DNA from: an uncultured Trueperaceae bacterium
Lineage (GTDB): Bacteria > Deinococcota > Deinococci > Deinococcales > Trueperaceae
Assembly (NCBI GenBank): GCA_963799485.1
Contig: CAWCXJ010000013.1
Coordinates: 421,832-485,831, forward strand
Direction of reading: 5' to 3'
Length of the DNA: 64,000 nucleotides
The notes under the pieces are model-generated. The model had not been told where the DNA came from and searched no databases. It saw nothing but the letters and a program-made list of their open reading frames with translations. The translations under genes were made by a program, and so were the position numbers. This document shows, in pieces, positions 1-11,031 of the stretch; position 1 is the stretch's first letter, and each line of letters begins with the position of its first letter.

Positions 1-47
1 TCATCAGCGTCGCCGTCGCCTTGTTGGGCCTTACTTTGCTGGTGTAG
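1..47 (+). CDS. Possible C-terminal end of a membrane protein running in from the left edge
   Basis: The frame starting at base 3 reads ISVAVALLGLTLLV-stop (TAG 45-47), which is hydrophobic; it converges on pepF. Confidence 0.3.
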   Translation, partial: ISVAVALLGLTLLV

Positions 48-72
48 CAGTTGTGTTTGCCCCAAGTGCTGC

Positions 73-1903
73 TCACTTCAGGATAAACCGCTCGACCAAC
101 GCCTCGTATTCCGCTACGCGCCCTTCAGCAATATCCAGGCTTTTACGCCAGAAGTCCACACTCTCGAGGTCGATACCGAATCCGGCGGCGAGCGGCGCGG
201 CGTCGTTCATCCCGGTTTTAGATAACAGTTCGTCGTAGCGTGTGTGCCAGCCCTCGGGGTTTTCCTGATACTGCGCGTAAAGCCCCAGGCCGAACAGGTA
301 GCCGAAGGTATAGGGGAAGTTGTAAAAACTGCGTCCGGTGCTGTAGTAGTGGCTTTTTTGCGCCCACATGAGCGGGTGGCGGGCGTCTTCAGTGAGGGCG
401 TCGCCGTAAGTCTCGCGCTTGCGCGTCCAGCATCAGCGCGCTGAGTTCATCTACGGATAATTCGCGCTCACGGCGCTTTTCAAAAACAGCCGACTCGAAC
501 CGGAAACGTGAGTCGATATCCACGACCAATTGCGTACTCCCGAGCAAATCTTGCTCCAAAATCGCCAGCTTTTCGGCTTCGTCCGCGCGGTTTAGCAGTG
601 CGTTGGTCACGACCGTTTCACAGAAGATGCTGGCGGTTTCAGCGAGGGTCATCGGGGTGTCGTTTTGTAGCGGCGTGCGGCCCGCCCCAAAAATGCAGAG
701 GTTGTGGTACGCGTGTCCGAGTTCGTGGGCAGCGGTAAACACGTCGTCCAGACCGCCGCCGAAGTTGTGCATGATGCGCGACTCCTGTACACCCCAAACA
801 CTCATGCAAAATGCGCCGCTGCGTTTGCCTTTACGGGGCGGTACGTCGTGCCAGCCTTCAGCAAAAGTCTTTTGGGCGAACGCGGCGAGTTTGGGTGAGT
901 AGCTGCCGAACACCTCGGTCACGAAGTCGGTCGTGTCGGCCCACGAAAAGTGGCGCGGCGTTCCAACCGTGACCGGAGCCAGCAAGTCGTACCAGGCCAG
1001 CCTAGGTTTGCCCAAAAACCTGGCTTTGGCTTTTAGGTAACGCCGGAAAACCGGAAACCGTTCGCGGCACGCGCTCTGCACCGCTTCCAGACTCTTCCGG
1101 GTGATGTGGCTGCTAAAGAGCGCTTCGTCCAGCGCCGTGTCCCAGCCGCGCCGCCGGGTCGTCTCGTTGACCTGGGCCTTGATGCTGTTCATGGCGGCGG
1201 CGTAGGCGACGACGTTTTGGTTAAGGAGCTTGAGTTCCGCCTCAAACGCCGCCTTGCGAACGTCGGGGTCGGCGTCGCTCTGCAGGTTTCTGAGTTCGGT
1301 CAGCGGGTATTCGGCCTCGTCACGTCCCGGCAGGGTCTTTTTGATCGTCGTGCGACTGCTCAGGTCGCCGTGAAGTTTCGCCCACGCCTGCCCGCTGCTT
1401 GGGGCGAGCGCCGAGAGGAGTTCCTCGGCTGCTTCGCCCATGAGGTGCTCTGCTTCTTCACGGCTGCGGCGCACCAGGTAGCTGTGCGCCTTGGCTACTT
1501 CGGACGCGTTAATCAGCGCCTCGGCGTCGAGCGCCCCGAGCCACGCAGTCAGCCGGACACTCAAAAAGCTCATCTGGCTACCCAGCGGCGCGAGCGCCGA
1601 GGCTTCGGCTTGTGCCCGGTCGTTAAAGGCGTCTGTTGAGATAAAGCCCGAAAGGTACGGGTAGATAGTGCCGACTCGCGTACCGAGGTCGTTAAACCGG
1701 TCTATAAGGTCTTCAAACAGCGTTACGGTCTCGGCGGTCACAGGAACGGCTTCTGGTACGCCGACCTTGTTTTCGTCCATCAGTTGCGTAAGGGACTCGA
1801 GCCTTACCTTCAACTCGTTTTTAGCTTCATTAAACTCAGCCGAGTCCAGACCCGGGAAAATCGAGGTGAGTTGCCAGTGGGGAAGCGGGGAAGTTCGACT
1901 CAT
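73..1903 (-). pseudogene. pepF: Oligoendopeptidase F (M3 family), split by a single-base frameshift near 418
   Basis: ORF 389-1903 has HELGHAYH, GKRSGAFC and LAETASIFCE. ORF 73-369 has HYY..FYNFPYTFG. Removing one base near 418 restores ..LDAQRETYGDALTEDARHPLMWAQKSHYY. Confidence 0.85.
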
Positions 1904-1926
1904 GCCCTACCTTAAATCGTTAACTA

Positions 1927-3104
1927 GTACAGGTTCAAGCGAACAGAATTGGGTAAAGGCGTTCGAGCTTAATTCGGGCGTCGGTGGTGGAGAAGTGCCA
2001 GTCGATTTTGACAGCCCGCTTGCGGCGCTCGTGAAGCCAGGGTGTTGCCAAGCGTTCGAGTTTGGCACGGTTGCCTACGCGCTGGGCGAAGGCTTGTCGT
2101 GCCAAAACCGACCACCCCAGTTCTTGCACGTTGAGCCAGGAACCGTGTTTAGGCGTGAAATGGAACTCTGGCTTGTTGGCGATCCGGTGTGCTTGCTCGG
2201 CTGGGAAGGTCTCGTATAGCGCAGCCTTGGTCTGGGTACCGAGGTTATCCTGCACCACCACGACGACTTCTGCCTCCGGGTACGCAGCCACCAAACGCCT
2301 CATGGCGTGCGCGCACTCGACTTTGGTACGTTGCTCGGTAGCCCAGACGTCACGTTTTCCAGTCAAGGGCTCCACGTACCCGAACAGGTTCGCTGTGCCT
2401 TTGCGCTCATATTCGTAGTCCACTTTTTTGACCCGTCCGGGCTTGGGCTTTACGGGCACGAGCACGTCGGCGCTCGGCTGAGTGGGTCGTTCGTCAAAAC
2501 CCACCACCGGACGCCTTTTGTCGTACGCTCGGGTGTACACGTCCAGCACGTCTTCCAGCGCACAGACGAAGGAGGCGCTCTGTTCAGGGGGAATGCACCA
2601 CTGTGCTTTTAGATGTGGCTTGAGCGCGTTTTTTTCAGCACCTGTCGCACGCTCTCCAGTGAGAGACGGTCCAGCACCGCGAGCCTCACGACTTCGTCCG
2701 CCAGCATTGATAGTGTCCAACGGGGCGCTTCGTTCGGTACGTCACTGCACGCCGGCGCGATCAGCCGCGCCGCCACAGCAGCGTCGAGCTTGCGGGGTAT
2801 GCCTTTGTTCGGACGGGGTTTGCGCTGGACAGCGTTCAGGCCCTCGGCGTTGTAGCGCTTGCGGATGCGTTCGACTGTCTCTACCGTGATGCCTAGCGCT
2901 GTAGCTACAGCCTTATCCTTGAGTGCAGGGCCGTTCTCGTCAGCATTCAGCAGAATGCGGGCGCGCGTGAGTTCCTGTGCTTTTGCACTGCCCGGGCGTG
3001 TCAATCCCGCAACTGCTCCCGTTCGGCAGCGTTCAGCTTTACTAGTCGTCTCATGCCCTTACGCTACCAGCCCTTGACCCAATAGTAAGCGATTGAAGCT
3101 CTAC
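1927..3104 (-). mobile_element. IS630-family element (two-ORF transposase, probably degenerate)
   Basis: The HTH ORF (start about 3054, with an extra frameshift near 3005) and the DDE ORF (WCIPPEQSA, DYEYERKGTAN, TPKHGSWLN) join at an A7 slippery run near 2629-2635. CTAG lies at 1924-1927 and 3104-3107, with imperfect IR TACAGGTTCAA/TAGAGCTTCAA. Confidence 0.9.
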
Positions 3105-3202
3105 TAGGCTGCAGCCTTTAGGAGCGACCGTCGTTTGTTCTTTATCATGCTTGGGAGCGCTCAGCAGCACAGCACGGCTTACCCGCCCACCGAAGCGTAG
3201 CG

Positions 3203-3856
3203 TTACAGCGTAACCTTGCGGGCGTAGAAGGCCTCCGCAAAGCGGCTCTTAGCATTTGCTTCAACCCCGCGCAGCCGCATAAGCGCCGAAAAGGTCTCGC
3301 GGTCGAACCAGGGTTTAGCGTGCTGCGTTTTGAAATGCTCGAGCAGCAGGTCGATTTTTTTTTGAACGTGCGCGTCAGGAACTTGGACAAACAGATTAGG
3401 GACGCCGAGGTCACCGTCGTACTTGGGGATTTCGTATTCTAAAACGAGGTGATTACGAAACGTGTTCCAGGTCAGGTCGGAGACGACCCGGTGGTCTTGA
3501 TGCCGATCGTGCCGATAATGGGTAAAAATGACGTCGGGAGAAACGCTCTGCTTAAGCGTTTCAAAATAATCTTTGATGTCTGCACCGTCGTAACCGAAGT
3601 AGCTCTCCCGAAAATGTTTGATCACGACGTTTTGCCGCGCCGCTTTGGTCAAAAAATGGGCTGCGCTCGCCCTAGCCTCGCGGGTACGCGCCTCGTTTGC
3701 GCTCAGCACAACCCAGGTCACCGAGACGCCGGGGTAGGTCTCGAGCCATGACAACAACGTTCCGCCACACCCGATCTCGATGTCGTCGCTATGCGCGCCC
3801 AAGCACAAGATATGCAGTCCGGCAGAGCCTGCGGGGAGAAAAGTCAACCGCCTCAC
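3203..3856 (-). CDS. PIG-L/LmbE-family deacetylase
   Basis: GAHSDDIEIGCGG and DRHQDH motifs; GTG start overlaps the rfbF stop (GTGA). Confidence 0.9.
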   Translation of the reverse strand: MRRLTFLPAGSAGLHILCLGAHSDDIEIGCGGTLLSWLETYPGVSVTWVVLSANEARTREARASAAHFLTKAARQNVVIKHFRESYFGYDGADIKDYFETLKQSVSPDVIFTHYRHDRHQDHRVVSDLTWNTFRNHLVLEYEIPKYDGDLGVPNLFVQVPDAHVQKKIDLLLEHFKTQHAKPWFDRETFSALMRLRGVEANAKSRFAEAFYARKVTL

Positions 3857-4632
3857 GCGTCTTTTTCCCACACTTTCCAGGGAGCCTTGTCGTCCGCCCA
3901 CAAGCCTTCCAGATGTTGCTTGTCCTTAAATGTATCCATCGTCGCCCAAAAGCCGCCGTAGCGCTGCCCTACCAGTAACCGACTCGTAATAAGCCGCTGA
4001 AACGGTTCCTCGACCAACTCTTCACCAGACCCGATATACTCAAAGATGTCCCGACGAAACGTAAAGTAGCCCCCGTTGATAAGAATGTCCGAGGCGATGC
4101 TGCGAATGTCCATAACGGCGTTATCCTCGCCCAAGTAAACGGTGTGCAAACTCAGATGCGGCCTGACGCACATAAAGCTGCCTACCTTACCGCTCTCTTT
4201 CAGGCACGCGATCTGGCTGCCCAGGGGCGCGTCGGTCAAGGTGTCGCTGTAGTTGGCGAGAAAGTAGTCGTCACCCGCCAGGTAAGGCTGAACCTTTTTA
4301 AGGCGCTGACCGATGTTGGCGCTGAGACCGGTATCGACGAAGGTAATACGCCAATCGTGCATATCCCGGCTAAAAAGTTCAGGGGTTTGTCCGGCGCCGG
4401 CGAGCGTAAAATCGTTTGTCAGGTATTCGTCAAAGTCGACGAAGTAACGTTTGATGCTCTCGGCCTTGTAGCCCAGGCAGAGGATAAACTCGGTGTGACC
4501 ATGATGCGCGTAGTAACGCATGATATGCCAGAGGATAGGATAGGGCCCGACAGGAACCATCGGTTTCGGGATCGTTTCAGAATAATCGCGGAGACGAAGA
4601 CCAAGACCTCCGCAAAAAATGACGACTTTCAC
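3853..4632 (-). CDS. rfbF: Glucose-1-phosphate cytidylyltransferase
   Basis: VVIFCGGLGLRL..PKPMV, LCLGYK, VDTG, INGGYF, FWATMDT. Confidence 0.85.
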   Translation of the reverse strand: MKVVIFCGGLGLRLRDYSETIPKPMVPVGPYPILWHIMRYYAHHGHTEFILCLGYKAESIKRYFVDFDEYLTNDFTLAGAGQTPELFSRDMHDWRITFVDTGLSANIGQRLKKVQPYLAGDDYFLANYSDTLTDAPLGSQIACLKESGKVGSFMCVRPHLSLHTVYLGEDNAVMDIRSIASDILINGGYFTFRRDIFEYIGSGEELVEEPFQRLITSRLLVGQRYGGFWATMDTFKDKQHLEGLWADDKAPWKVWEKDA

Positions 4633-5960
4633 AGCTTTCCTCCTGGCAGCTCGCTACGCCCTGGCCGGGGCCGAAAGAAGGTTGCGCTCTGCTCAGCGTG
4701 CAGCCGGTCGCTCAGCCGCGCCCTCGGCAGCGCAACGTCGGTGTAGCGAAGTACGCTGTTTTTGGGTATAGCCCGGTTCAGACGGCAGCCTCCGGAAATT
4801 CCGATAGGCAGCATGTCTTCCGTGACGGCGACCTCGGCACGCTCGCACACGCCGTAGGCCAGGTAGCCGCCGATACCGTCTAAGGTTTCCCCTGCTTTGA
4901 GGTCGCGTTTTGCCTGCGCCACCACCTCGACCCTAGGTGCACCCAAGGGAGCCATCACCGCGTCGCCAAAAAGCACGGCCCTGGCCACCGACGTGGGAAC
5001 TTCCATATGGCAGAGGTGGTGCGGGGTCTTAAAACAGTAGAGCGGCCCGTCGCCGAGCTTGAGGTACGCCAGGTAAGGACGTTGCGACTCAAGCGTAGCG
5101 CCCGCATAGACGAACACCCCGGAGCTGGGTCGCGCGCCGACGAGGTAATCGACGACCCCGCCCAGAGGCTCGAGCTGCGTTACCTCGAAAAAGTGCGTGG
5201 CGTCTTCGGCGTCACCTGAAAAGCTCGGGCCGAGCATCCCGCGCTGCAAAACGGTCATCCCGGTCGCGTTGGCGACGCTCGCTTGCTCTAAAGACATCTT
5301 GGTGCCGTCGGCGTAGCTGGTTATCATATGCGGTTGCTGTCCCCACGCCTCGGCAAAACTCCGCTGCGTCGCGGGTGTGCGAAAGGGATCGTAAAGACCT
5401 TTGACGGTGCCGCAGAGGAGCGGCGTAAGTCCAAGACCCTTGACGAAACGGTAGAGGTTGACCTGTACCCCCGGATGATCTCCCTCGGTGCCGCTCAAGA
5501 CGACCCCGGCACGGTCGGCGTAGACCTTGAGAATCGGCCCCAGGGTCGCGTCAAGCTCGGCGTTTAGCAGCAGCACGTGCTTACCGTGGGCGACGGCTTC
5601 TAAAACGACTCGAGCGGCGAACTCGACCGTGCCGGTCGCCTCGATAAGGGCGTCGATACCCTCTACTTGGCACAGCAACTCGGCGTCGTCGGTTACTGAG
5701 ACGTGGCCCGGTTTCTGGAGGTTGGCCTCGAGGTCGGTAAGGCTCGTTACCTGGCGAATATCTGTTACACCTGCAGCGTGGCAAGCCCGAACCGCCCGCT
5801 CGGCGTCCCGGTTGGCGACCGCGACCAACGCCATACCGGGAACACAGTTGACGATCTGCTGAACGATCCCGCTGCCCATAAAACCGGCCCCGATCAGCCC
5901 TACCCGGACAGGTTTGTTCTCTTCGGCCCGCCGCGCGAGCGCCCGGTCGACGATGATCAC
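4629..5960 (-). CDS. NAD(P)-dependent oxidoreductase (homoserine dehydrogenase-like) with C-terminal SAF domain
   Basis: GLIGAGFMG Rossmann motif, NAELDATLGP, and C-terminal AKRDLKAGETLDGIGGY. Confidence 0.85.
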   Translation of the reverse strand: MIIVDRALARRAEENKPVRVGLIGAGFMGSGIVQQIVNCVPGMALVAVANRDAERAVRACHAAGVTDIRQVTSLTDLEANLQKPGHVSVTDDAELLCQVEGIDALIEATGTVEFAARVVLEAVAHGKHVLLLNAELDATLGPILKVYADRAGVVLSGTEGDHPGVQVNLYRFVKGLGLTPLLCGTVKGLYDPFRTPATQRSFAEAWGQQPHMITSYADGTKMSLEQASVANATGMTVLQRGMLGPSFSGDAEDATHFFEVTQLEPLGGVVDYLVGARPSSGVFVYAGATLESQRPYLAYLKLGDGPLYCFKTPHHLCHMEVPTSVARAVLFGDAVMAPLGAPRVEVVAQAKRDLKAGETLDGIGGYLAYGVCERAEVAVTEDMLPIGISGGCRLNRAIPKNSVLRYTDVALPRARLSDRLHAEQSATFFRPRPGRSELPGGKL

Positions 5961-6490
5961 TGCAATTCTCCGATAAGCGACCACTGCCGGTCTTTCTCGG
6001 AGACGACCGTAACCGGCAGAGGCCAGTCGATCTGCAAAGCCGGATCGTCATAACGCACCCCGCGTTCATGCACCGGGCTGTAGCGGGCGCTTACCTGATA
6101 GATAATTTCTGCGTTCCGGGACAGCGTCTGATAGCCGTGCGCGAACATCTCCGGGACGTAAACTGCGCGCCGGTTTTCGGCGCTGAGTTCTACGCTTGTA
6201 GGTTGCAGATAAGCGGGCGAGTCCGGACGCATATCGACGATCACATCGAAAACCGCACCACTGACACAGCGAACGAGTTTGCTTTCCAGCGCAGGTGAAA
6301 CCTGATAGTGGAGCCCCCGCACGGTACCTTGTTCGTAACTTTGCGCCAGATTACTCTGTACGACGGTCTGGGAAAGTCCGTGGACGCCAAACTCGTCTTG
6401 ACAAAAGATGCGGGTAAAACTTCCCCGCGCGTCTTCGTGGGGTTCGGGATCTATGACGAACGCTCCCCCCGGCAACTCCGTAAAAATCAC
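5957..6490 (-). CDS. rfbC: dTDP-4-dehydrorhamnose 3,5-epimerase family
   Basis: DARGSF, GTVRGLHYQ, KLVRC, DMRPDSP, FAHGYQTL, YDDPALQIDWP. Confidence 0.9.
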   Translation of the reverse strand: MIFTELPGGAFVIDPEPHEDARGSFTRIFCQDEFGVHGLSQTVVQSNLAQSYEQGTVRGLHYQVSPALESKLVRCVSGAVFDVIVDMRPDSPAYLQPTSVELSAENRRAVYVPEMFAHGYQTLSRNAEIIYQVSARYSPVHERGVRYDDPALQIDWPLPVTVVSEKDRQWSLIGELQ

Positions 6491-7626
6491 GGTGCCACTT
6501 CACGAAACCGGTCGGGTACCGGCGTAGCGGACGGTACTTCAGCTGCCAGCATCATGTAGGCCGCGATTTGCCTCTCGCAGACGCTACGCATGTCTTCGCC
6601 CGCCGCAAAAGCCCTTGTCCAATCGACGATCCAGGAGAGGGTGGTCTCGACCGGGAGCAGCGTTTGCCAACCGAGCCCGGCAGCAGCTTTAGAGACGTCG
6701 AGCTTTAAGAGCGTGTCCTCGTGGGGGTGTTTTGCGGCGACTTTTTGCGGTGGGTAGGGGCTCCCCCAGAGCTTGTGAAGTGCCTCGGCAACCCAACCGA
6801 CCGTGCGGACACCGGCGTCATGAGGCCCGAAATTCCAGGCTTCAGCGTACTCCAACTCCCCTTCGTAAAGCCGTTCTGCGAGCATGAGGTAACCCCGGAG
6901 AGGCTCGAGCACAAACTGCCACGGACGCGTTGCCTGAGGGTTTCGCAGCTCCGTTCGTTCACCTTTTAGAAGCGCCCTGACGGTATCGGGAACCAGCGCG
7001 TCGCGTTTCCAGTCGCCGCCCCCGATGACGTTGCCCGCCCGGGCAGTCGCGAGCGCTACGCCGTGCTGCGCGTAGGTAGCCGGACTGAAGTAGGCCTGGC
7101 GGTAACTCGCGGCGACCAGTTCGGCACAGGCCTTACTGCTGCTGTAAGGATCGTGTCCACCCAGCACGTCCGACTCGCGGTAGCCCCAGACCCATTCGCG
7201 GTTTTCGTAGCATTTATCCGAGGTAACCATAACCACAGCCTTGACGCCGTCCACCTTACGAACCGCTTCCATAAGCTTGACCGAGCCGAGCACGTTGGTG
7301 GCGAAGGTCGTAACCGGGTCTTCATACGAGGTACGTACAACCGACTGCGCTGCCAGATGGATCACAATTTCCGGCTTGAAATCACCAAGTACCCGGCGTA
7401 AGTGGGCCAAGTCGCCTACATCGCCAGCGACCGAGGCCATACCTTCGGCGACGCGTCCGGCGGTAAACAAGTTAGGCTCGCTGGGCGGGGCCAGCGCGTA
7501 GCCGGCTACGTCTGCGCCGAGCTGCTGTAACCAGAGCGATAACCAGCTTCCCTTAAAACCCGTATGACCGGTAAGCAAGACCCGTTTGCGGTACCAAAAA
7601 TCCGACGTTACGGTAGACATGTTCAC
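6487..7626 (-). CDS. rfbG: CDP-glucose 4,6-dehydratase
   Basis: VLLTGHTGFKGSWL, TSDKCY, DPYSSSK, ARAGNVIGGGDW, RPWQFVLEPL. Confidence 0.95.
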   Translation of the reverse strand: MNMSTVTSDFWYRKRVLLTGHTGFKGSWLSLWLQQLGADVAGYALAPPSEPNLFTAGRVAEGMASVAGDVGDLAHLRRVLGDFKPEIVIHLAAQSVVRTSYEDPVTTFATNVLGSVKLMEAVRKVDGVKAVVMVTSDKCYENREWVWGYRESDVLGGHDPYSSSKACAELVAASYRQAYFSPATYAQHGVALATARAGNVIGGGDWKRDALVPDTVRALLKGERTELRNPQATRPWQFVLEPLRGYLMLAERLYEGELEYAEAWNFGPHDAGVRTVGWVAEALHKLWGSPYPPQKVAAKHPHEDTLLKLDVSKAAAGLGWQTLLPVETTLSWIVDWTRAFAAGEDMRSVCERQIAAYMMLAAEVPSATPVPDRFREVAP

Positions 7627-8576
7627 GTTTCAACCCTCTCACTGCGTCTAGTCGCCCCGTTCTGTACGGGAGCGTTTGTCTCGGCAACCGCGAACTGCTT
7701 TTTCCAGTGCGAATAGCTCGGCAGCTGCTTTTTGGTCAGCGAGTTGAGATAGCGCCAGTCACGCCGCAAGTAGGCGTGACCACGAAACCAGGCCGCCAAA
7801 AAGTGTTTGAGCGTGACACGATTTTTAGCGAAGCGCTTGAGGTTGGCAGCAAACCCTAGAAACTCATACAGCGCAGCTCGCGCGAGGTTGCGCTTGGCGA
7901 TAAGCGTATCGAACAGATTGGTATATATCTGACCGTCGATGGTTTCTACGCCGTACTCGGGAGGAGCGCGGTTGTGAAGTGCTCTGGCGTCAGGTTCGTA
8001 GATAAGGGAGACGCCGTGGCTTCGCCAAAGCGCACCCATAAAGATATCCTCTGAAGTGCTGACACGGTCGTTCCACGGCAGCGTCTCGGCCAATACCTTG
8101 GGGTAAAGAAAAAAGGCTCCCAGCAAGAAGCTGGGTTCTTCGTCTTTCAGCGCGGGGCGCCCATAGCCTATTGGGCGAAGGACGAAAGGGCCATCCCAGC
8201 TCGGCCCCCAGAATACCGAACCACATACCACAGCCCATGTTTGCGTTGACATATAACGGTCGTAAAGCGTTTTGACGGCGCGCGGCTCTACGTTGACGTC
8301 GTCGTCTATATTGAGCAGCAAGGGTTCGGTCGCAACGCTCGTACAAAAATTTTTTGAAGCGGAAATGTTTTTGCCCTGATGCCGGTAGAGCCTGACAAAA
8401 GAAAACGTCTTACAAACGGCAGCGGTGGCGTCTCTGGCGTCTACGGCCGGACTCGAGTCGCACACATAGACAGAAAACCCGATAAACCTTCGGGCTTCTG
8501 CAAGCGCCTTTAGGCATTCGTATAGTTTGTCCGGGCGGTTCCTGGTAGGAATGACGATAGCAAGCCTTGGTTTCAC
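7623..8576 (-). CDS. Glycosyltransferase family 2
   Basis: IVIPTRNRP, DDD and SED motifs. Start placed at GTG 8576 behind GAGGA; the longer ORF to 8834 looks non-coding. Confidence 0.8.
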   Translation of the reverse strand: MKPRLAIVIPTRNRPDKLYECLKALAEARRFIGFSVYVCDSSPAVDARDATAAVCKTFSFVRLYRHQGKNISASKNFCTSVATEPLLLNIDDDVNVEPRAVKTLYDRYMSTQTWAVVCGSVFWGPSWDGPFVLRPIGYGRPALKDEEPSFLLGAFFLYPKVLAETLPWNDRVSTSEDIFMGALWRSHGVSLIYEPDARALHNRAPPEYGVETIDGQIYTNLFDTLIAKRNLARAALYEFLGFAANLKRFAKNRVTLKHFLAAWFRGHAYLRRDWRYLNSLTKKQLPSYSHWKKQFAVAETNAPVQNGATRRSERVET

Positions 8577-9217
8577 TAGGTCGTCCTCACTAACTTGCGC
8601 TCGAGTCGATAACCGGCACTCTTGTGTGAGCCACGGTTCCAGCCCGACATGGATGAGACCGGAGGCGAAATCAGACCGGAGCGGGCGGCACTTGCGCTTG
8701 TAATACGTTTTTTTGGGAACCCGCCGAACTTTGAGTGAGCCCGGCGGGTAGAATAAAACGTTTTCAGGCCGAGAAACCACTTTTGAGCTGAGCCGGGGCG
8801 CTGGTGCATGATGATTATTATCACCCAGGTTCACAGCTCGCGGTGACGAATTTTCACTTTCAGCCTTTCATCCTGGGCTCATAACTGCTTACCAACCTCT
8901 ATTAGAGACTCAGGCACGCTACCAGTAACGCTTGACCCAAGATGCACGACCAAACTTTGATTCACGGCCTAATCGCTCAGGGCATAGTGAGGGTGACAAC
9001 AAGCACGACTTGCAGCTAGACCCGGCCCGATCCAATTTGCCGCTTCCCTGACAAAAAATGGTGGAGTTCGTACTTAAAAGCCGCTAACGCGCCCGTTTGT
9101 CGAATCTCATCTGCGTCAACGCACACTTGCTACCGCGAAACATCTGAACTTACGGGGGTCTCGCAACAACTTGCTTGCGCAGTCTTACCTTTACGGCCTC
9201 AAATAGCCGTAGGCGCG

Positions 9218-10711
9218 CTACTCGGTGACCGTGCGAATGTAGCGGCGGTATTCGCGGTTGTCGAGGCGCTGCTTGGCGCGGGTAGCGACGACTCCGAGGA
9301 GCGGAATACCCATCGCCTTGAGGCGCTCTGCGGCGGTACTCAAGCTGCGCCTGTCGGAACGCTTAAAGTTGGTGACCAACACGGTGTGAGTGCACAGCGG
9401 CGCGATAGAAAAGGTGTCGGCAACCGGCAAGAGCGGCGCGGAGTCGATGACGATCACGTCGTAATCGCGCTTCCACAGCTCGAGACAAACCGGCAAATTA
9501 CGGCCCAAAAGCGGCGTCGCGGCGGGTCTGAAACCCGGTACGACGTCGAGGTCGCTGCCCGAGACGATCAGCTTGGTAGGCTGGTGTTTATCCGGGGCCG
9601 CGAGGTAGTCGAGCAGCGAGTCGTCGTTTTGGGGAAGGTTGTAGCGTTTGGCAATTGTGGGTTGCCGCAAGTCCGCGTCGACGAGCAGGGTGCGGTAGCC
9701 GTGCCGGGTCAGGCTTTCGGCGAGGTGCAGAGCGACGGTCGTTTTACCCTCGTCACTCTTGGGACTGGTTATCAAAATCACGCGTTTGCCCGGCGTCGAC
9801 GACGCGAGCAAGAGTCGTGCCTGAAAGTAGTCGGCAGCTTCCCTTAAGAGGTGCGCGTTGCGCGTATCGGGAAACTCGGCGAGTACGGGCAGGTCGGTGG
9901 CCTGCCTGACTGCTTCGACGTCGCGCAGACGGGTGTCGAGCGCGCTGCGAAGCAGCGCCACGCCGTAGACGACGAAGACCGTAAATACGGCTGCGAGCGC
10001 CGCGTAAAAGAGCGGGCGTGGCGTCACCGGTACAGGCGGCGGGGTGGCAGGTTCGACGATACTCAGCAGTCCGGCTGCCGAGTCGAGCAGGGCGCGCGCG
10101 TAAGAAAGCTCTTCTTGCTGCTGCGCCCGCAAGCTCACACGGTTGTCGATCTCGCTTTGGCTGGCGACCTCACCCATCAGCCTGAGCGACTCAACCGAGC
10201 TGTCGAGCGAGGTGATCTGCGCTTCCAGGGTGTCGATACGCTGCCCGATATTTTGGCTGGCCCGGCGGTAATCCCAGTCGACGAGCGCCTGGGCAACGGC
10301 GTTGGCGCGGCGCGCCGCAATCCGCGCGGTGCCCGCCTGCACCTGCACCTCGATGAGGTTTGAAAGCGCGTCACGCTCCCCTTGTACCGTCACCGAAACC
10401 GTGTCGCGCAGCTCGGCGACGCTCAAACCGCGCGCGCCGAGCCGGGCAATCGCGTCTTCTAAAACAGGTCTGGTCAGCGCGAGGTCGCTGTAGGCCGCCG
10501 CTTCTATCGGCGGCGCACTGAGCGAGGTCGAGGTCGACGAAAAGGTATTCGTCGATTTGGTCGCCAAAATAACGGCGGAGGCTTCGAAAGTGGGCTCGAG
10601 CCGTTCGCTAAGAACGTAAACCCCGGCGGCAACGAGCGCGGCAAGCGGCAACGCGATCAGCAGCCCCCGCAAAAGAAATCTGATCAGTTGTCCTAAATCT
10701 GCTTCTTTCAA
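9218..10711 (-). CDS. Polysaccharide chain-length regulator / BY-kinase (Wzc/CapAB-like fusion)
   Basis: Two TM segments flank a coiled-coil loop; Walker A SPKSDEGKT, LLVDADLR, VIVIDSAP; only two C-terminal Tyr. Confidence 0.9.
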   Translation of the reverse strand: MKEADLGQLIRFLLRGLLIALPLAALVAAGVYVLSERLEPTFEASAVILATKSTNTFSSTSTSLSAPPIEAAAYSDLALTRPVLEDAIARLGARGLSVAELRDTVSVTVQGERDALSNLIEVQVQAGTARIAARRANAVAQALVDWDYRRASQNIGQRIDTLEAQITSLDSSVESLRLMGEVASQSEIDNRVSLRAQQQEELSYARALLDSAAGLLSIVEPATPPPVPVTPRPLFYAALAAVFTVFVVYGVALLRSALDTRLRDVEAVRQATDLPVLAEFPDTRNAHLLREAADYFQARLLLASSTPGKRVILITSPKSDEGKTTVALHLAESLTRHGYRTLLVDADLRQPTIAKRYNLPQNDDSLLDYLAAPDKHQPTKLIVSGSDLDVVPGFRPAATPLLGRNLPVCLELWKRDYDVIVIDSAPLLPVADTFSIAPLCTHTVLVTNFKRSDRRSLSTAAERLKAMGIPLLGVVATRAKQRLDNREYRRYIRTVTE

Positions 10712-11031
10712 CCCAAGCTCCTCGCTGCCCGCACCGCCTGCAGCAACCTAACAGACGCAGTTATCGGTGCCCGGCTCCAGCTAAAACCGCAGAGCCCCGG
10801 ACTGCAATACTATTTTACGCATTCCGCCGCAAGCAGCACGGGCAAATCGTACCCAGCTGGTGTATAAGGGACGCTCGAGTCCGCCGGAAACCGACCAAGG
10901 AGAGCACGCAGAAGCAGGGTTCCAGGCGGTAACGTCCAACATGCTTGAACCGGGTTTTGTAAAAAAGGTCAAGGCGTAGCTGAAACGTGCCGGAATTTTT
11001 AAGAGGAATAGCCCGTGAACAGAAGGGGCGG

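Noticed and set aside
8577..8834. N-terminal extension of the GT2 ORF, and similar extensions for the helicase, marC, acpS, hcs and the 58591 ORF
   Set aside because: The extensions lack family similarity, and better SD, leaderless or overlap-supported starts lie downstream
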